Shown here: positions 59,867-60,197 of the stretch, piece by piece
How positions within the stretch are numbered: the first letter of the stretch is position 1
Layout of the letters: every line of letters starts with the position of its first letter
Assembly: GCA_964574765.1 (NCBI GenBank)
Contig: CAZNPC010000004.1
Location: forward strand, 1 to 60,197
DNA from: an uncultured Nitrospirales bacterium
GTDB lineage: Bacteria > Nitrospirota > Thermodesulfovibrionia > UBA6902 > BMS3Bbin08
Length of the DNA stretch: 60,197 nt
Direction: 5' to 3'
Program-made: the position numbers and the translations under genes
The notes under the pieces: model-generated
The model's input: only the letters and a program-made list of their open reading frames with translations
What the model was told of the DNA's origin: nothing
Database searches by the model: none

Positions 59867-59970
59867 CCGTCGATTATGGGGATCAGGAAGCAGTTAGCCT
59901 GTTTATTCACCTCACTTCCCATTTCTCATTTCCCATTGAAGCCGTGTTGCGTACCGGCATATACATAGGA

Positions 59971-60076
59971 GTCAACTCTTAACTTCTCATCCTCTAATCT
60001 TCCGCCAGCCCTCGCGGTTATTTTGTGAAAACAAAATTGTGAGGGTCAACTCTTAACTTCTTATCCTCTAATCTTC
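59971..60076. repeat. 32-bp direct repeat flanking a hairpin
   Basis: GTCAACTCTTAACTTCT(C/T)ATCCTCTAATCTTC at 59971-60002 and 60045-60076; between them CCCTCGC..ATTTTGT-gaaa-ACAAAAT.GTGAGGG. Confidence 0.85.
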
Positions 60077-60197
60077 TCAACTTCTGCTGTAATAGCCTGC
60101 TCCGTGACCTCCCTTTCTTCAGGCAGAAGATCATTCTTTCTCAGCAGGTCCCTGATCTCATCTTTGCTCATAAGATTGTCCGCGGAAGTATATTCTT
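60061..60197 (-). CDS. 3' end of an upstream gene, possibly an FnlA/PseB-like dehydratase (partial)
   Basis: Open frame ...EYTSADNLMSKDEIRDLLRKNDLLPEEREVTEQAITAEVEKIRG*. The product is guessed from the EYxS...LL tail and its position before the 2-epimerase. Confidence 0.45.
   Translation of the reverse strand, partial: EYTSADNLMSKDEIRDLLRKNDLLPEEREVTEQAITAEVEKIRG

Noticed and set aside
59940-59960. ops/JUMPstart element for the polysaccharide operon
   Set aside because: The minus strand reads GCCGGTACGC, only a loose match to GGCGGTAG.

Overview
This is bacterial chromosomal DNA. The split atpB-atpE operon, the signal-peptide-bearing c subunit and the PAS-rich signalling genes suggest Nitrospirota or a deltaproteobacterial lineage (inference). 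Left part (1-16.3 kb): end of atpB, a 77-bp x3 repeat, atpE, ftsY, a methyltransferase-TolC-MFP-RND efflux operon, a metallophosphoesterase, a peptidase MA-like gene, an unannotated 35-aa CCCH microprotein, an HDAC-family deacetylase, a four-helix-bundle gene split by a 268-bp GIY-YIG mini-element, trkH/trkA, and tRNA-Val(CAC) preceded by two degenerate tRNA 5' copies. Middle (16.4-31 kb): a signalling block with small Cys-rich proteins, a TonB receptor-YfiR-CHASE/HAMP/4xPAS/LuxR operon, a 7xPAS histidine kinase, a RAYT-type HUH transposase and a GAF/HD-GYP protein. Right (31-60.2 kb, all minus strand): a Wzm/Wzt surface-polysaccharide locus with many glycosyltransferases, four B12-type radical SAM enzymes, two methyltransferases and a CapK-like ligase. 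It ends in an unusual phosphoglycosyltransferase-PglF/CapD dehydratase-receiver fusion. Many intergenic regions carry 7-nt-periodic arrays in inverted orientation and short GC-rich palindromes. The best candidates for novelty are (i) the hairpin-flanked GIY-YIG mini-element and the heptamer-array/four-helix-bundle element it landed in, (ii) the PGT-PglF-REC fusion, and (iii) the TBDR-YfiR-membrane LuxR system with a candidate operator upstream of two-CW genes. All family calls come from motif recognition by eye; no searches were run.
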